DNA of 64,000 nt. Origin: Lepidodermella squamata (lineage: Eukaryota > Animalia > Gastrotricha). Shown here piece by piece: positions 43,598 through 54,645 of the stretch (position 1 is its first letter; every line of letters begins with the position of its first letter). Below the pieces are notes generated by a model that had not been told where the DNA came from, searched no databases, and saw only the letters and a program-made list of their open reading frames with translations. The DNA lies in the NCBI GenBank assembly GCA_047495785.1, contig JBLDXI010000029.1:1674001-1738000 (forward strand). The letters are read 5' to 3'. The position numbers and the translations under genes are program-made.

Positions 43598-45019
43598 TCT
43601 TCGATGAGAACGATATAATCTGACAGTGACAGAATGGCCTGAGAAAGGACACCTCTAATCGTTTTCTCCGCCTCCCCATCATCTTATTTAACTTGTCTGA
43701 GCCAACACTTTCGAACTTCCGTCTTAAAGAGTTTCCGCTTCATGAAGGTCCTGTTCCGACCCACGCCCATCTATTAGCAAATAAATAGGAAACACTTTTA
43801 GCAGCCCTTTCTTCCACTGCCGACTTAATTATAAGAATTCATAGTGCGTTACTACTTCAATATGCATTGAACGGTCGGAAATGCTTGAAAGCTGAATCTT
43901 CCCCGTTGGTGTGTAGGTTGCTTCCTGTGCAGCAGGCAAAGAATTACTGTCTAAGGGCGATGAGACGTAAGGACAAATGCATGTCCATCGTCAATTGCAT
44001 ACCACAGACGAATTCACTTCATCCCTTGATTTTGAAATAGTGTTTCAACTTATTGCACAGGACAAAATAAAAAGCCTCCTTGAATCATCTCTCAAAGTGA
44101 TATTCAATGCCTCAAGAAAAAAACGTTTATTGATAGTTCGTGGTCAATGGCGAAAATGTCATAATTTCGATGAAGTTTGTCTGCTGAAAGGTGAATGTGG
44201 GACAAAGTTCAAAAGGGTCAAAAAGTTATTCTTTCCTGCCCTTGGAAACAGGTCCGTCGAATGACATCGCACAACTGTAACCCAGACAGATCATGCCGCG
44301 GAAAGTTTTTGATCGATGTTTGCCGCCTACATCATTGGTATCCGCTGTTTTTCTCGTGCGAAGACGCAAGCATGCTTCTGTTGGCAGAATTTTCTATTCG
44401 CGCTCCTATAAAACGTAATTTAATCTCTCGAATGTTGCTACGACTGGTCTCGGCATATACTGAAACGAGAAGTTTAAGAGGCTATTTGTAGACATTTTGT
44501 TGGTTACTCATATGTTCCATGTTCCTGTTTTTTCATTGTCCAAGCTCACGTGAGGTTTAATTCAGGAATGATTGAAGACGATGCGTACATTACGTACATA
44601 CCTGTAAGCGCAAATCCTCTAACATTTTGCACCCACGCAAGGCCCATCGCGTGCCAGATAGCTGGACAAAATTGAATGCCGGTTCTGCGAATTTTAAAGT
44701 TTTCCGCCATCTGTTTCTATTTAAGGCAACACGTTATGGCGCCCACCTTTAATAATTCATAACAACCCTTGTTTTTCATCATCGGAATGCTGCACTCACG
44801 CATACCTTTGATGACATAATTTCGAGCCGCACTAGCAAAAAACAAGACACATCACACACCACATGAAAAATTCCATTTAGATTTCCTTGCGTGACCCATA
44901 TTCTGGGGTAGAAATCGAATTTTCTGTATTCTCGTCTGCCTAGAATAGGTTCTTTTTCATAAGGTCTGTCTCTAACTTAGATATTTTAGTCTCAATTTGA
45001 TTCACTAATAAACATTCCA

Positions 45020-45766
45020 ATGGCTGATCTCGCAGTTCTCAGGAAAGCAGCTGAAGAAGGCGATTTGGATACTTTGAAACGCGTTTTCGGCTCTCCTAGT
45101 CAAATTCTGAAGCACAAACTGCCGCAAGATGAATATGAATGCAATGGTAATTCAACTGCACTACATCGGGCTGTTCGCAAGGGTCAAATCGAGGTCGTGA
45201 AATACCTGTTATCCGATATTGAGGACTCTGCTGTCAAGGAGAGCGTAAATGAAAAGGACGATCGCGGGTACACGGCTTTGATCGAAGCTGCTTCTGCCGA
45301 CCCGCCGAATCTCGAGATTGCAAAGCTGGTAATCAAAGCCGGCGCGAAAAATGACACCAATCCTGAGCTGCCAGCGCTCATTGCTGCTGTTTGCGCCGAC
45401 CAACCTAGCATGATTAAACTGATGATCGATAATTTCGGTGACCAAATCAACGTGGGTGATGTGAATGGCGCAACGCCGTTGATGAAAGCGGCCGAGAACA
45501 GCAATGCGGATGTCGTCAGTGAGTTGTTGAGGGCAGGGGCTGATCCTTCATTTCGGCATAATGACAGTCAGCGGACTGCCCTTCACATCGCAGTTACCGG
45601 CTGGGGTAAAGAAGAGAACCGTAAAAAATGCGTGATTTCAATCGCGTCTGCTATGAGACAGCTGGATGCTAGTTTGGTTACGCTGAAGGACAGTGAAGGC
45701 AAGACAGCTTTGGATCTGGCAAAAGAGGCAGAGGGCATGGACGCTGTTATCACTTATTTAAAGTGA
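45020..45766 (+). CDS. Intronless ankyrin-repeat protein, soluble
   Basis: MADL start and ankyrin motifs; no hydrophobic tail. Confidence 0.9.
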   Translation: MADLAVLRKAAEEGDLDTLKRVFGSPSQILKHKLPQDEYECNGNSTALHRAVRKGQIEVVKYLLSDIEDSAVKESVNEKDDRGYTALIEAASADPPNLEIAKLVIKAGAKNDTNPELPALIAAVCADQPSMIKLMIDNFGDQINVGDVNGATPLMKAAENSNADVVSELLRAGADPSFRHNDSQRTALHIAVTGWGKEENRKKCVISIASAMRQLDASLVTLKDSEGKTALDLAKEAEGMDAVITYLK

Positions 45767-46653
45767 TATGACAACTCCGTCGGCCTAGAATATTTTCTAT
45801 AGTATGTTTGACTTTTTACTGTGAAAGAAATGGCCAATTATTGTCGATGCTTTCAGGAGCCGAGAGCCGTGATCGATAAGCTATTAAAACAGACCTCTTT
45901 GATGTCCGAAAAAACAAGAACAACATTATGAGCTAATTTTCCCACCTTTTTCATTTTCTACAGCAATTATCGCGTTCATTATAGTTCCCCGACTTAATCA
46001 CTATTTGATTTTTGCTAACACGATGATGAAATAACAACGATTTTTTCTCTTGCACTGAGAAGACTGCCTGCTAACCTTGTTTTGTGCGTTCGAGAGCTCT
46101 TGAAAATAAATGAATTCGTTAACAAGAATCAACTTTGATCTCAAAACAGGGCTGTAAAAAGCCATGCGGGTAAGTGGCTGTACAAAGGAATCTGGACAAG
46201 AAACAGGCTCAATGAATCCGAGCATTCATTTGAGATAGCATTCATGTCTTTTGAGTGATGAGTGATCACGCGTTGAAAAAAGCGATAATCGCTGATTTTC
46301 AACAATATATATGTATTATTTAAATTTCTTCAATTCCTTACTGGTTAAACACATTACCTCGCCGGAAATTGTCTCAACTCGAAACCCAAGACGCAACAAA
46401 GTCCATTGATTTTTCTTTTCAAATTTCTCGCGAGACTTGTCGTAGCAATGATTTATGACGAAGCATACACCTGGTGGTATTCACTATTGATGTTTTTTGC
46501 AGCTTAAATAATTCATAATAGTCACTGTTTTTTCGTGCTCAGAATGCCGCACATACCTGCATAGCTTTGACGGCGTAATTTCACGTCGCACTAGCATAAA
46601 ACATATAGCTGACATTTTTCTCGATTATAAGAGACAACATATTAAACGCTGCA

Positions 46654-47532
46654 ATGGCTGATCTCGCTGTTCTTAGGAAAGCCGCTGAAGAAGGCGATCT
46701 GGAGAAGTTGAAACGCGTGTTTGGCTCTCCTGGCCAAATTTTGAAGCTCAAATTACCAGAAGATGGTTGGGAATGCAACGGCAACTCAACTGCACTACAC
46801 CGGGCTATTAGAAAGGGTCAACTTGAGGTGGTTAAATACCTTTTGTCAGACAAGAAAGACTCAATTGTCGAGAGAAGTGTCAACGAAAAGGACGATCGAG
46901 GTTACACCCCTTTGATCGAAGCTGTCTCAGGCAGCCCACCGAATCTGGAGATCGCCCAGCTTGTAATCAAAGCCGGGGCGAAAAATGACGTCAATCCTGA
47001 TTTGACCGCTTTCACCGTGGCTGTTTGCGCTGACCAGCTTGACATGGTTAAATTGGTGATCAATGCCTTCAAAGATCAGATCAATTTGGCAGATTCAGAT
47101 GGTGTGACGCCTTTAATGAAAGCGACCGACAATGGCAACCCTGAAATCATTAGCGAGCTTCTGAAGGCCGGAGCTGATCCTTCATTGCAGCGAAAGGACA
47201 ATAAACGGACTGCTCTACACGGCGCAGTTGCTGGCTGGGCTAGTGCAGAGAACCGCATCAAATGCGTGAAACTAATCGCAGATGCTATGAGACAGTTGGA
47301 TGCTGATTTGATCGCTATAAAGGACTCTGAAGGCAAGACAGCTCGTGATTTGGCTAAGGAGCAAGGCTACAGCGATGTCGTTACAGAACTTGGCGGTTTG
47401 GCCGATGTGGCGTGTGATATTGTGGGCGAAACTACTGCGACGATTCTAACTTATAGCGTCGCCGCTGCTGCTGTTCCGATTGTTCTGGCAGCTGTTATTA
47501 TTGGAATATGGCTCTACCGCCGGTCATCTTAA
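46654..47532 (+). CDS. Intronless ankyrin-repeat protein with C-terminal membrane anchor
   Basis: Ends SVAAAAVPIVLAAVIIGIWLYRRSS. Confidence 0.9.
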   Translation: MADLAVLRKAAEEGDLEKLKRVFGSPGQILKLKLPEDGWECNGNSTALHRAIRKGQLEVVKYLLSDKKDSIVERSVNEKDDRGYTPLIEAVSGSPPNLEIAQLVIKAGAKNDVNPDLTAFTVAVCADQLDMVKLVINAFKDQINLADSDGVTPLMKATDNGNPEIISELLKAGADPSLQRKDNKRTALHGAVAGWASAENRIKCVKLIADAMRQLDADLIAIKDSEGKTARDLAKEQGYSDVVTELGGLADVACDIVGETTATILTYSVAAAAVPIVLAAVIIGIWLYRRSS

Positions 47533-47881
47533 TTGCGATGTTTCATTTTTGAATTTTAAATGACAAATTACTGCCCGTATCGCTTCTCACTTTATTAGCA
47601 AGTAAATGCACCGATTTTTCGCTTCATGACCAGAAGATGAGTGCCATAATAAAATTGTGAATATCCGACTCCATTCCTCAAATTTATTCGCTATTTCATA
47701 TAGCTTTCTATTTATCGATCGAAGGTCACACCCTTTGAGATGGATTTCTTTCACGACCGGCTACTTAAATGAGACGCATGCTATTCAAAACTCATTTTTT
47801 GCGGTTTTCACTAAAGTCTGGAGTGGGGCTTTTGTATTCTACATCGCTTCTGCAAATCAAAAGATTTTTCTCTGCAATAAA

Positions 47882-48781
47882 ATGGTTGATCTAGCCGCTC
47901 TGAAGAAAGCTATCGCCGACGGGGATATCGAACAGCTTCGGCAGCATTTCGGCTCTCCTGGGCAGATTCTCAAACACAAATTCCAGCACGAAGGCAACAA
48001 ATGCAATGGCAATACATCGGCTCTTCACCTTGCTGTGATCAAACGCAAGTTACAAGTTGTCAAGTACCTTTTATCTGACAAGAAAGACTCTACTGCGGAG
48101 AAGATTATCAATGAAACGGATGACTATGGCTATACACCATTGATCGAAGCTGTCTCGAATTCAACAGGCCATTACGAGATCGCAAAGCTGTTGATTGAAT
48201 CTGGGGCAAAGGTAGGCGTAAATTCGAAATTCAGCCCCTTGTTCATTGCGGTTTGTGCCGAATCGTATCCTGGCCAAATTTCCTTGGTTAAGCTAATTCT
48301 CAAAGCTATGGAAGATGAGGGCAAAGTCGTACAAATCAATGACGTCTATGGCGAAACGAAAGAAACTGTTTTGATGCGAGCAGCTCAGATTGGGAACCCA
48401 CAAACTGTCGAGGAACTGCTCGGCGCTGGAGCAGATATTTCCCTTACAAATTCGAAAAACCAAACTGCTCTGCATCTGGCTGTGAAGAACCATGGTTTTG
48501 AGGGCGATAGTGAACTCAAATGTGTAAAGCTGATTGCCGATGCCATGAAGCAGCAAAACAGCGCATTACTGCATGTGAAGGACATAGATGGCCTTACTGC
48601 TCGAGATTGGGCTGTTAAAAGGGGTTGGAAAGAAGCTGCAAATCAGTTGCTAGATCCGGCAAGCGATCTTGTGGCTTACACGGCGACCACGATTCTGAAG
48701 TATACCTTAGTTGCTGCAGCTATTCCAATTGGTTTCGTTGCAGTCTTCATCGGCCTGTGGATCTATAAATTAACCACCTGA
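47882..48781 (+). CDS. Intronless ankyrin-repeat protein with C-terminal membrane anchor
   Basis: MVDL start at 47882 by paralog alignment; ends LVAAAIPIGFVAVFIGLWIYKLTT. Confidence 0.88.
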   Translation: MVDLAALKKAIADGDIEQLRQHFGSPGQILKHKFQHEGNKCNGNTSALHLAVIKRKLQVVKYLLSDKKDSTAEKIINETDDYGYTPLIEAVSNSTGHYEIAKLLIESGAKVGVNSKFSPLFIAVCAESYPGQISLVKLILKAMEDEGKVVQINDVYGETKETVLMRAAQIGNPQTVEELLGAGADISLTNSKNQTALHLAVKNHGFEGDSELKCVKLIADAMKQQNSALLHVKDIDGLTARDWAVKRGWKEAANQLLDPASDLVAYTATTILKYTLVAAAIPIGFVAVFIGLWIYKLTT

Positions 48782-49062
48782 ACCCACAAATATACAACTG
48801 ACTTGAAACTTCCACTTCATCTGAAATTTATGAACTTATAATTTATCTCGTTCTAGTGAATGAAAACGGATTGTCGCCAAAGAGTTTAGATCTGGGGCAA
48901 GATAATCGTTGGGTTGATGATTAATCATCAGCCCACGGTTAATTTTATCTCGAAATTCCACCTATTTTTTTGCACAGCAGTAAAATTTATTATCTTGTCA
49001 GATAAAGCTGATTAGTCCATTGATGACAAAGCACTGGTCCGTTTTAGAACACAGCCCGCTTA

Positions 49063-49904
49063 ATGGCAGCCGCTTCTTACAATGTAAGAAAAATTAAAGT
49101 TCTGAGTCGCAATCTCTTACACAATCTCTTGAATTTTGAGGTCATCGTATTGGGGAATTGTATGGTGGGTAAAACAGCTCTAATAACTCGGCTGAAAACA
49201 GGAGCGTTTGTGCTAAATGCCAGTGCTACAGTGGGTGAGAAGAAGGATTTATTTGGAAAGGTTCCCTAATGAATATGCATGCTGTAGGAACCGAATTCAT
49301 CAGCCACGATGTCACACTTCATGATGGCTTTAAAGTTAAGCTCGTAATTTGGGATACGGCCGGTATAGATCGATATATGAACTTAACGCGGTCACATTTT
49401 CGTGGGATCCATGGCTTCATCTACGTTTACGACGTAACTAATCCGCAATCTCTTCAAGATGTCAGCACTTGGATAGAAAACGTGAATGACCAAGTAAAAT
49501 ACCGCGATGGTCCGGCACCAGTTTCTATTCTGCTGGGAAACAAAAATGACCTACAGGTAATGAAGATTATCCGGACAGAAGATGTCGAAGGTGTATGCAT
49601 CTAAAGTTTTGAGTCTATTTTTATTTTACCCGCTGAATTTTAGATGAAAAACCGTCATTCGCTGCACTGCCACTATGAAGTCAGTGCAAAAACTGGCGAC
49701 AATTTGGAAAAAGCAATTGAAAAGCTCGCCTCTTTTCTGGTCGCCTCTGGTAGTGCTACATTGGCAATTTGAAGCTGCTTCTTCCATTTCTCTATATCTT
49801 TAGTTTGTTTCTTATAGCTGTCTGAAGGTAAATCATCCCCCGATCCAACTATCAAACTCAGGGAACTTGAGCCGGCTGGTGCCGAAGATAGCTGTAAATG
49901 CTGA
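49063..49904 (+). CDS. Divergent Rab-family small GTPase (about 5 exons)
   Basis: G1 GNCMVGKT, G2 ATVGTEF, G3 WDTAGI, G4 GNKND, G5 EVSAK, C-terminal CKC* (stop ends 49904); short introns. Confidence 0.85.
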
Positions 49905-50004
49905 AAGTCACTCATTGTCATTCAAATATCAATTTATTGTTTATAGCTATAATAATAATAATGTTGGAAAATTCTGTAATCAGCGCTAATTATTGCAACA
50001 GCCG

Positions 50005-52481
50005 TTAGAATTCCGTTGTAGTGATTGCAACCGAGCCGTAATACGCTTCATTGTCTTCGCCCTGTTGAGTGGCGAATTTCACAGAAAGAGAGTGACCCTG
50101 AGCAGAGCTGTGCTTTTCGACTATCGGTTGCTGGTACGGCGCTGGAGTGCCATGTTGAGGTGGGTACATCACCCCGGCGTTGATCAAAGCCGGAGCGATT
50201 GGGGACATCGGCGGTGAAATCCCATCCGCCACCCCAGAATGGGTCCTGGTAAGAACCGCGGACTTGGGTGGTCGGGGTGGCATAGTGTTAGTATTTCGAC
50301 GGCTTGGCATCCTAGAATCAGCCGCAACCCATTTCCCTGATTTTGTAGCGAGGTAAACAGCCTTGTAGCCGTTGAATTCGTAGCATGTCACCCAGAAGCA
50401 ACCGATCACCATGATTAAGGGACATAGAGCTACCATTAGCCATCCAACGAGAACGCTCCAGCCGGGCAGTTCATAAACGCCATCATTGCATTCATGGGTG
50501 ATGGTCCATGGGTAACCGGAGGCTGAAAGACCTGGGAACTCTACGACATCGTACATTAGAATGAACGCTATTGAAATTGGTGCGATGAAGGTCCAAGTGA
50601 TAATCCAGTACCATCTATACATTGAAATTTAGTTGAATGATGAATGATGATTTTAGTAAAATTACCTAGTGATAACCATTGGTCCGATCATTTTTTCGAT
50701 ATCTCTGATCAATTTATGGCCAACACGGGAGCAGAAAGGCCGGCTGTAGATCCAGCCAATGCCAACGAGTTCAGCCAGACCGATGATCATTAGCGGAATA
50801 GCGGCTGCAAGGTCGTCAATAAGCACGTACCAGTAATATCCACACTACATTAGATTTTTGACACATAAATTCTGGCTTCCTGAGAAGTTACTTACCCCGA
50901 AGAAGAAGATTGTAGCTAAAGCGTAACCAAAAACGCAGAAGCCAGCTCGCATGAGAAGATTCCGCTTTCTGTTCACGTTGAACCATGGGAAAGACTCGCC
51001 AATTACAGCACAGCACATTTCAACAACCGGGAACTGAGACGAAAGGCCGAGAATGATGACCATGAAGAAGAAAAACACGGCCCAGATGTTACCGCCATCG
51101 ATTTTGCTGAATGCCTCAGCGTAGGTCACGAAAATGAGACCAGGGCCTAAATAAATGGATAATTTGAAAGAATTCGTCTTGACAATGATTGCTTACCAGA
51201 TGTTGCAACATCCTCTACATCAACTCCACGACTCTCAGCCATGTATCCTAAAACTGTGAAGACAGCAAAACCGGCGAAAACCGATGTTAATCCATCGAGG
51301 AATGGGATTAAAATGGCGTCTCGAAGGATGTTATGGCGATACTTGTTGTAACTAGCCAGTTGAATCGAGGCACCCAGGCCGCAATTTGTCGAGTAAAACA
51401 CCTGGGCTACGGCGTCTCGCCAAACAGCTATTTCGAGCAATTTCTCCCATTTTACGTTGAATAGGTAGAATTCGATGCCTTTCATCGAACCAGGCAGTGT
51501 TGCGGTGTAACCGATCATGACTGACAGCATAATGTAGGGGAAGATACTAGTGAAATACGCGACTTTGCCCAGGGTGGATGCTCCGAACGACACACCAGCA
51601 AATAGGATTACCCAAAGCACGGCATTGCTGACCATGCCAGGCCATGCGAAAGTTCCGCAGTCCAGAATGTCCCCGCTAATGCGTAGATTGTCCTGGAAGA
51701 AGAACATCTCTGCGGAGCTTGTATTCGTGGAATTTGCGATAAGAGGATTAGTCGGCTCGATGCAGGGGTGGATCGCCCACCAGTGGTCGCAGCTTGACCA
51801 TGGCAAGACATCGGTCATGGATTGCGTGAAGTAGTAGGCCGCCCATGAGATGGGGGCGTTGTAGTAAACAATACCTGAAAAGGTAAAAGGAACGTTTTTA
51901 TAGGATTCCGAAGTTCCCCAACTTGAGTAGCCTTAATCCTAATCCCTAACCCTAGCCTTAAAGCCGCAATTCTGCATTATTAAGGTTTGTATTGGCGACA
52001 TACCAATGAAAGAGCTGTACCATGTCGCCACACCGATGCCTCTTAACAGAGGAACAGTATCCCAAACACCAACAGGGCCCTTCTTCGAATATTGTCCAAT
52101 ACTTCCCTCGAGGAGTTGTAGAGGAATTGCGAGTAAAATCAGAGCCAGAGCATATGGAATGAAGAATACAGCTGAAAAAAGGAAAAATTAAGTTCCAAAA
52201 TTGGATCAATTTGATATATCCTTACCTCCGCCGTTGCTGTAGACCTTGAAAGGGAATCGCCAGACGTTACCAAGACCAACCGCGAATCCGATGGAAGTGA
52301 TGAAGAATTCAATGGCATTGCCCCACGCCCCTCGGTGAACCTTTTCCTTCTCCTCATGCTCAGGGTGATTCGGGAGTTTATCCTCATCCGGAATGTATCT
52401 AGATCCAATGTATGTCACAGAGTCTGACCGGTAAGATCGATCTGTATCGGACGTGTTAGTGCCAGCTCGTGAGCGCGACAT
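50005..52481 (-). CDS. SLC6 sodium:neurotransmitter symporter, amino-acid-transporter type (multi-exon)
   Basis: [54 protein letters not shown]. Gly rather than Asp in TM1 argues against a monoamine transporter. Confidence 0.93.
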
Positions 52482-54028
52482 AACTCTCCGGTGTAGCAAC
52501 TGCAAATAAAAAAACTATAGATGCCGGTGCAATTAACTTGCTTCCTGCGCATATAATCGTCTTTAGATAACAAAAAAACGTAACGTTTTTTATCTCTGGC
52601 ACCCGGCAGTGTTTATTAATCAGAAGCTGTACGAGATGAACTTGACGCTATAGAGTTGTAGGCGTGGAATCGGTGTTATATAATAAAAAGTGCGTGTTTT
52701 AATACGCTGTGTATTGTGCGTTAACTCCTAATTAGACGGCTCTTGGGCGTAACGATACATTATGTCTGGCTTCCGGTCATCTTATCGCAATAACAATGCT
52801 TTGTTTTAAGCCGGCGCAACGTCATACAGCATGGCATGATATATATGTATCTGGTGCATAATAGTCATTTTTGTACCTTGCAAAAGGTAGAAATTATTAT
52901 CCTGGAAATTAATTATTTTAAACCTAGATTACCTTGACCTGGTATTCAAACCGAACGGAATGTTAAAAGGGCACGCCCAACTGATTACTAGCGCACGTGC
53001 TTGTGCACTTTGGCTAGGAAAACTTCACGTGACCAATTATATCTTTTTCCAGGCTTTGCGAACCAGTGTAATCAATTCTGGCAAAGTTACTGCCCTAGTA
53101 AAATCTGAAACGGTTTTGGTACAGTCGGAAGTTCTTCGCTGCTTGGTACATAGGTCATAAGAACGCTTCCGAATCCACAAAAGTAGGTTAAATAACCTGC
53201 CGAGCATGACCGGTAATAACGGGCAAAGCACGCTTGAAGTTTCTATTGAAGCTTGAAGTTGCGGGTTCACAGACTCACGATTTGTCGCGCGTGGTGTCTG
53301 GACAAATCTGGACTGTGGGCGGAGTCACACGTGTCCCGAGTGTCGCATCAACGTCGCGCGCGAGGGTGTTCACCTTAGAGAAATAGAGATAGAATTATTC
53401 TGGGCCCAGAATTGAGCCGCAGTTTGCCGCGCGCAACAGTATTTTCAAGCGTGACTATCTGTGTTTGTCGAGTCGCTGTTTTCTCGCTGTGAAAAAAGTA
53501 AAATTCAGGCACCCCAATAGAAGTTATCGGGGGCCCGGAATGTGACCATGGTATTCATTTGAAATACAGGGAAGTCGGTACCCGGTTAACCGGGTAAAAA
53601 TTCATTTTATGCGTAACTTCATGAATAATCAAAATATATTAGGTCAAACGGAATTCAGGTCAATCTCAATGAAAAGTCATGTTTTATTACGCTCATGAGA
53701 CACATCTCTCAGGTATACAGCATGTTTTGATAAATATTACATATTTTTCATAATTATTATAACGAATTAAAGCGCGATGAGGAAAAAATTGTTTTAAAAG
53801 ACGCAGAGCACAGCGCAACTTAGGCAATAAACGTAACCAACCTTTTGAAGGCATTGAGCGCATCATTCATCGATTTTCCAACAACAAAACACGGTCACTT
53901 GATACATATGATAATAAAAAAAAATCCGAAAAAATATGCCAGCATATCTTTGACTTACTGCGATGAAAATGGAAATTCAAGTGAAGTAACAACCTAAAAT
54001 CACATTAATGTCGGCGACGCCACACATA

Positions 54029-54416
54029 CCGTATTTACCGAAATATAAGCCTCCCCTCGTTTAGAGGCCTGTCTCGTTTAGAAGCCTAGGTAAATTAGAA
54101 TTCTTCGATGCATAGTCCTATCTCAAATAGTAGCCTAGGCTACTACGGCATGTAGGCTCTCCCGAGCTTAAAGGTTATAGCAACGAAAAATGCCTGAAGA
54201 TGTTTGATAATCTGCGACGATGATTTTTGTTGTGGCGCTCCTTATTTTCAGCTATTAGGCGACCTGGGTAATAGCTAGTAACGAAAAATTATGCCACGTC
54301 TTCGTTGCATAAGCCTATCTCAAATAGAAGCCTAGTGTTGAATAGTAGCCTACTTTTCCCCAATTTTCGAGGTATCATTTTTGCATAAGCCCGGGTTAGT
54401 ATTTCGGTAGCTACGG
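54029..54416. mobile_element. pogo/Tc2-family MITE
   Basis: ta|CCGTATTTACCGAAATATAAGCC ... ATTTCGGTAGCTACGG|ta; internal TAG(A/T)AGCCTA repeats. Confidence 0.8.
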
Positions 54417-54645
54417 TATTTAATACTTGAACTTACTACACGAAAAATAGGACCAACGTGAGATCAATTGAGGTCCTCTTATGAAAAATACTAAGCGTGC
54501 GTTGAAAAAAACGTGAAAGATGATCGATGACAAAAGAAGATCGCTATTATTTCGCCTACATTTTCTATTGCCAACGGGTCGCTTTTTAGTCGCATAATAA
54601 TGTTAATTACGAGGATAATAATACAGTTTTTTGATCGATGATGAA

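Noticed and set aside
43977-44491. Two ~95-aa ORFs between GPCR5 and the ankyrin gene
   Set aside because: No motif, no paralog in the duplicated cassette, no splice support.
47657-47881. 75-aa N-terminal extension of the last ankyrin ORF, and similar extensions on GPCR copies 1, 2 and 4
   Set aside because: They start at non-ATG codons; paralog alignment places the true ATG downstream.
51931-51960. Telomere-like CCCTAA repeats in an SLC6 intron
   Set aside because: Only 4-5 degenerate units; too short to interpret.
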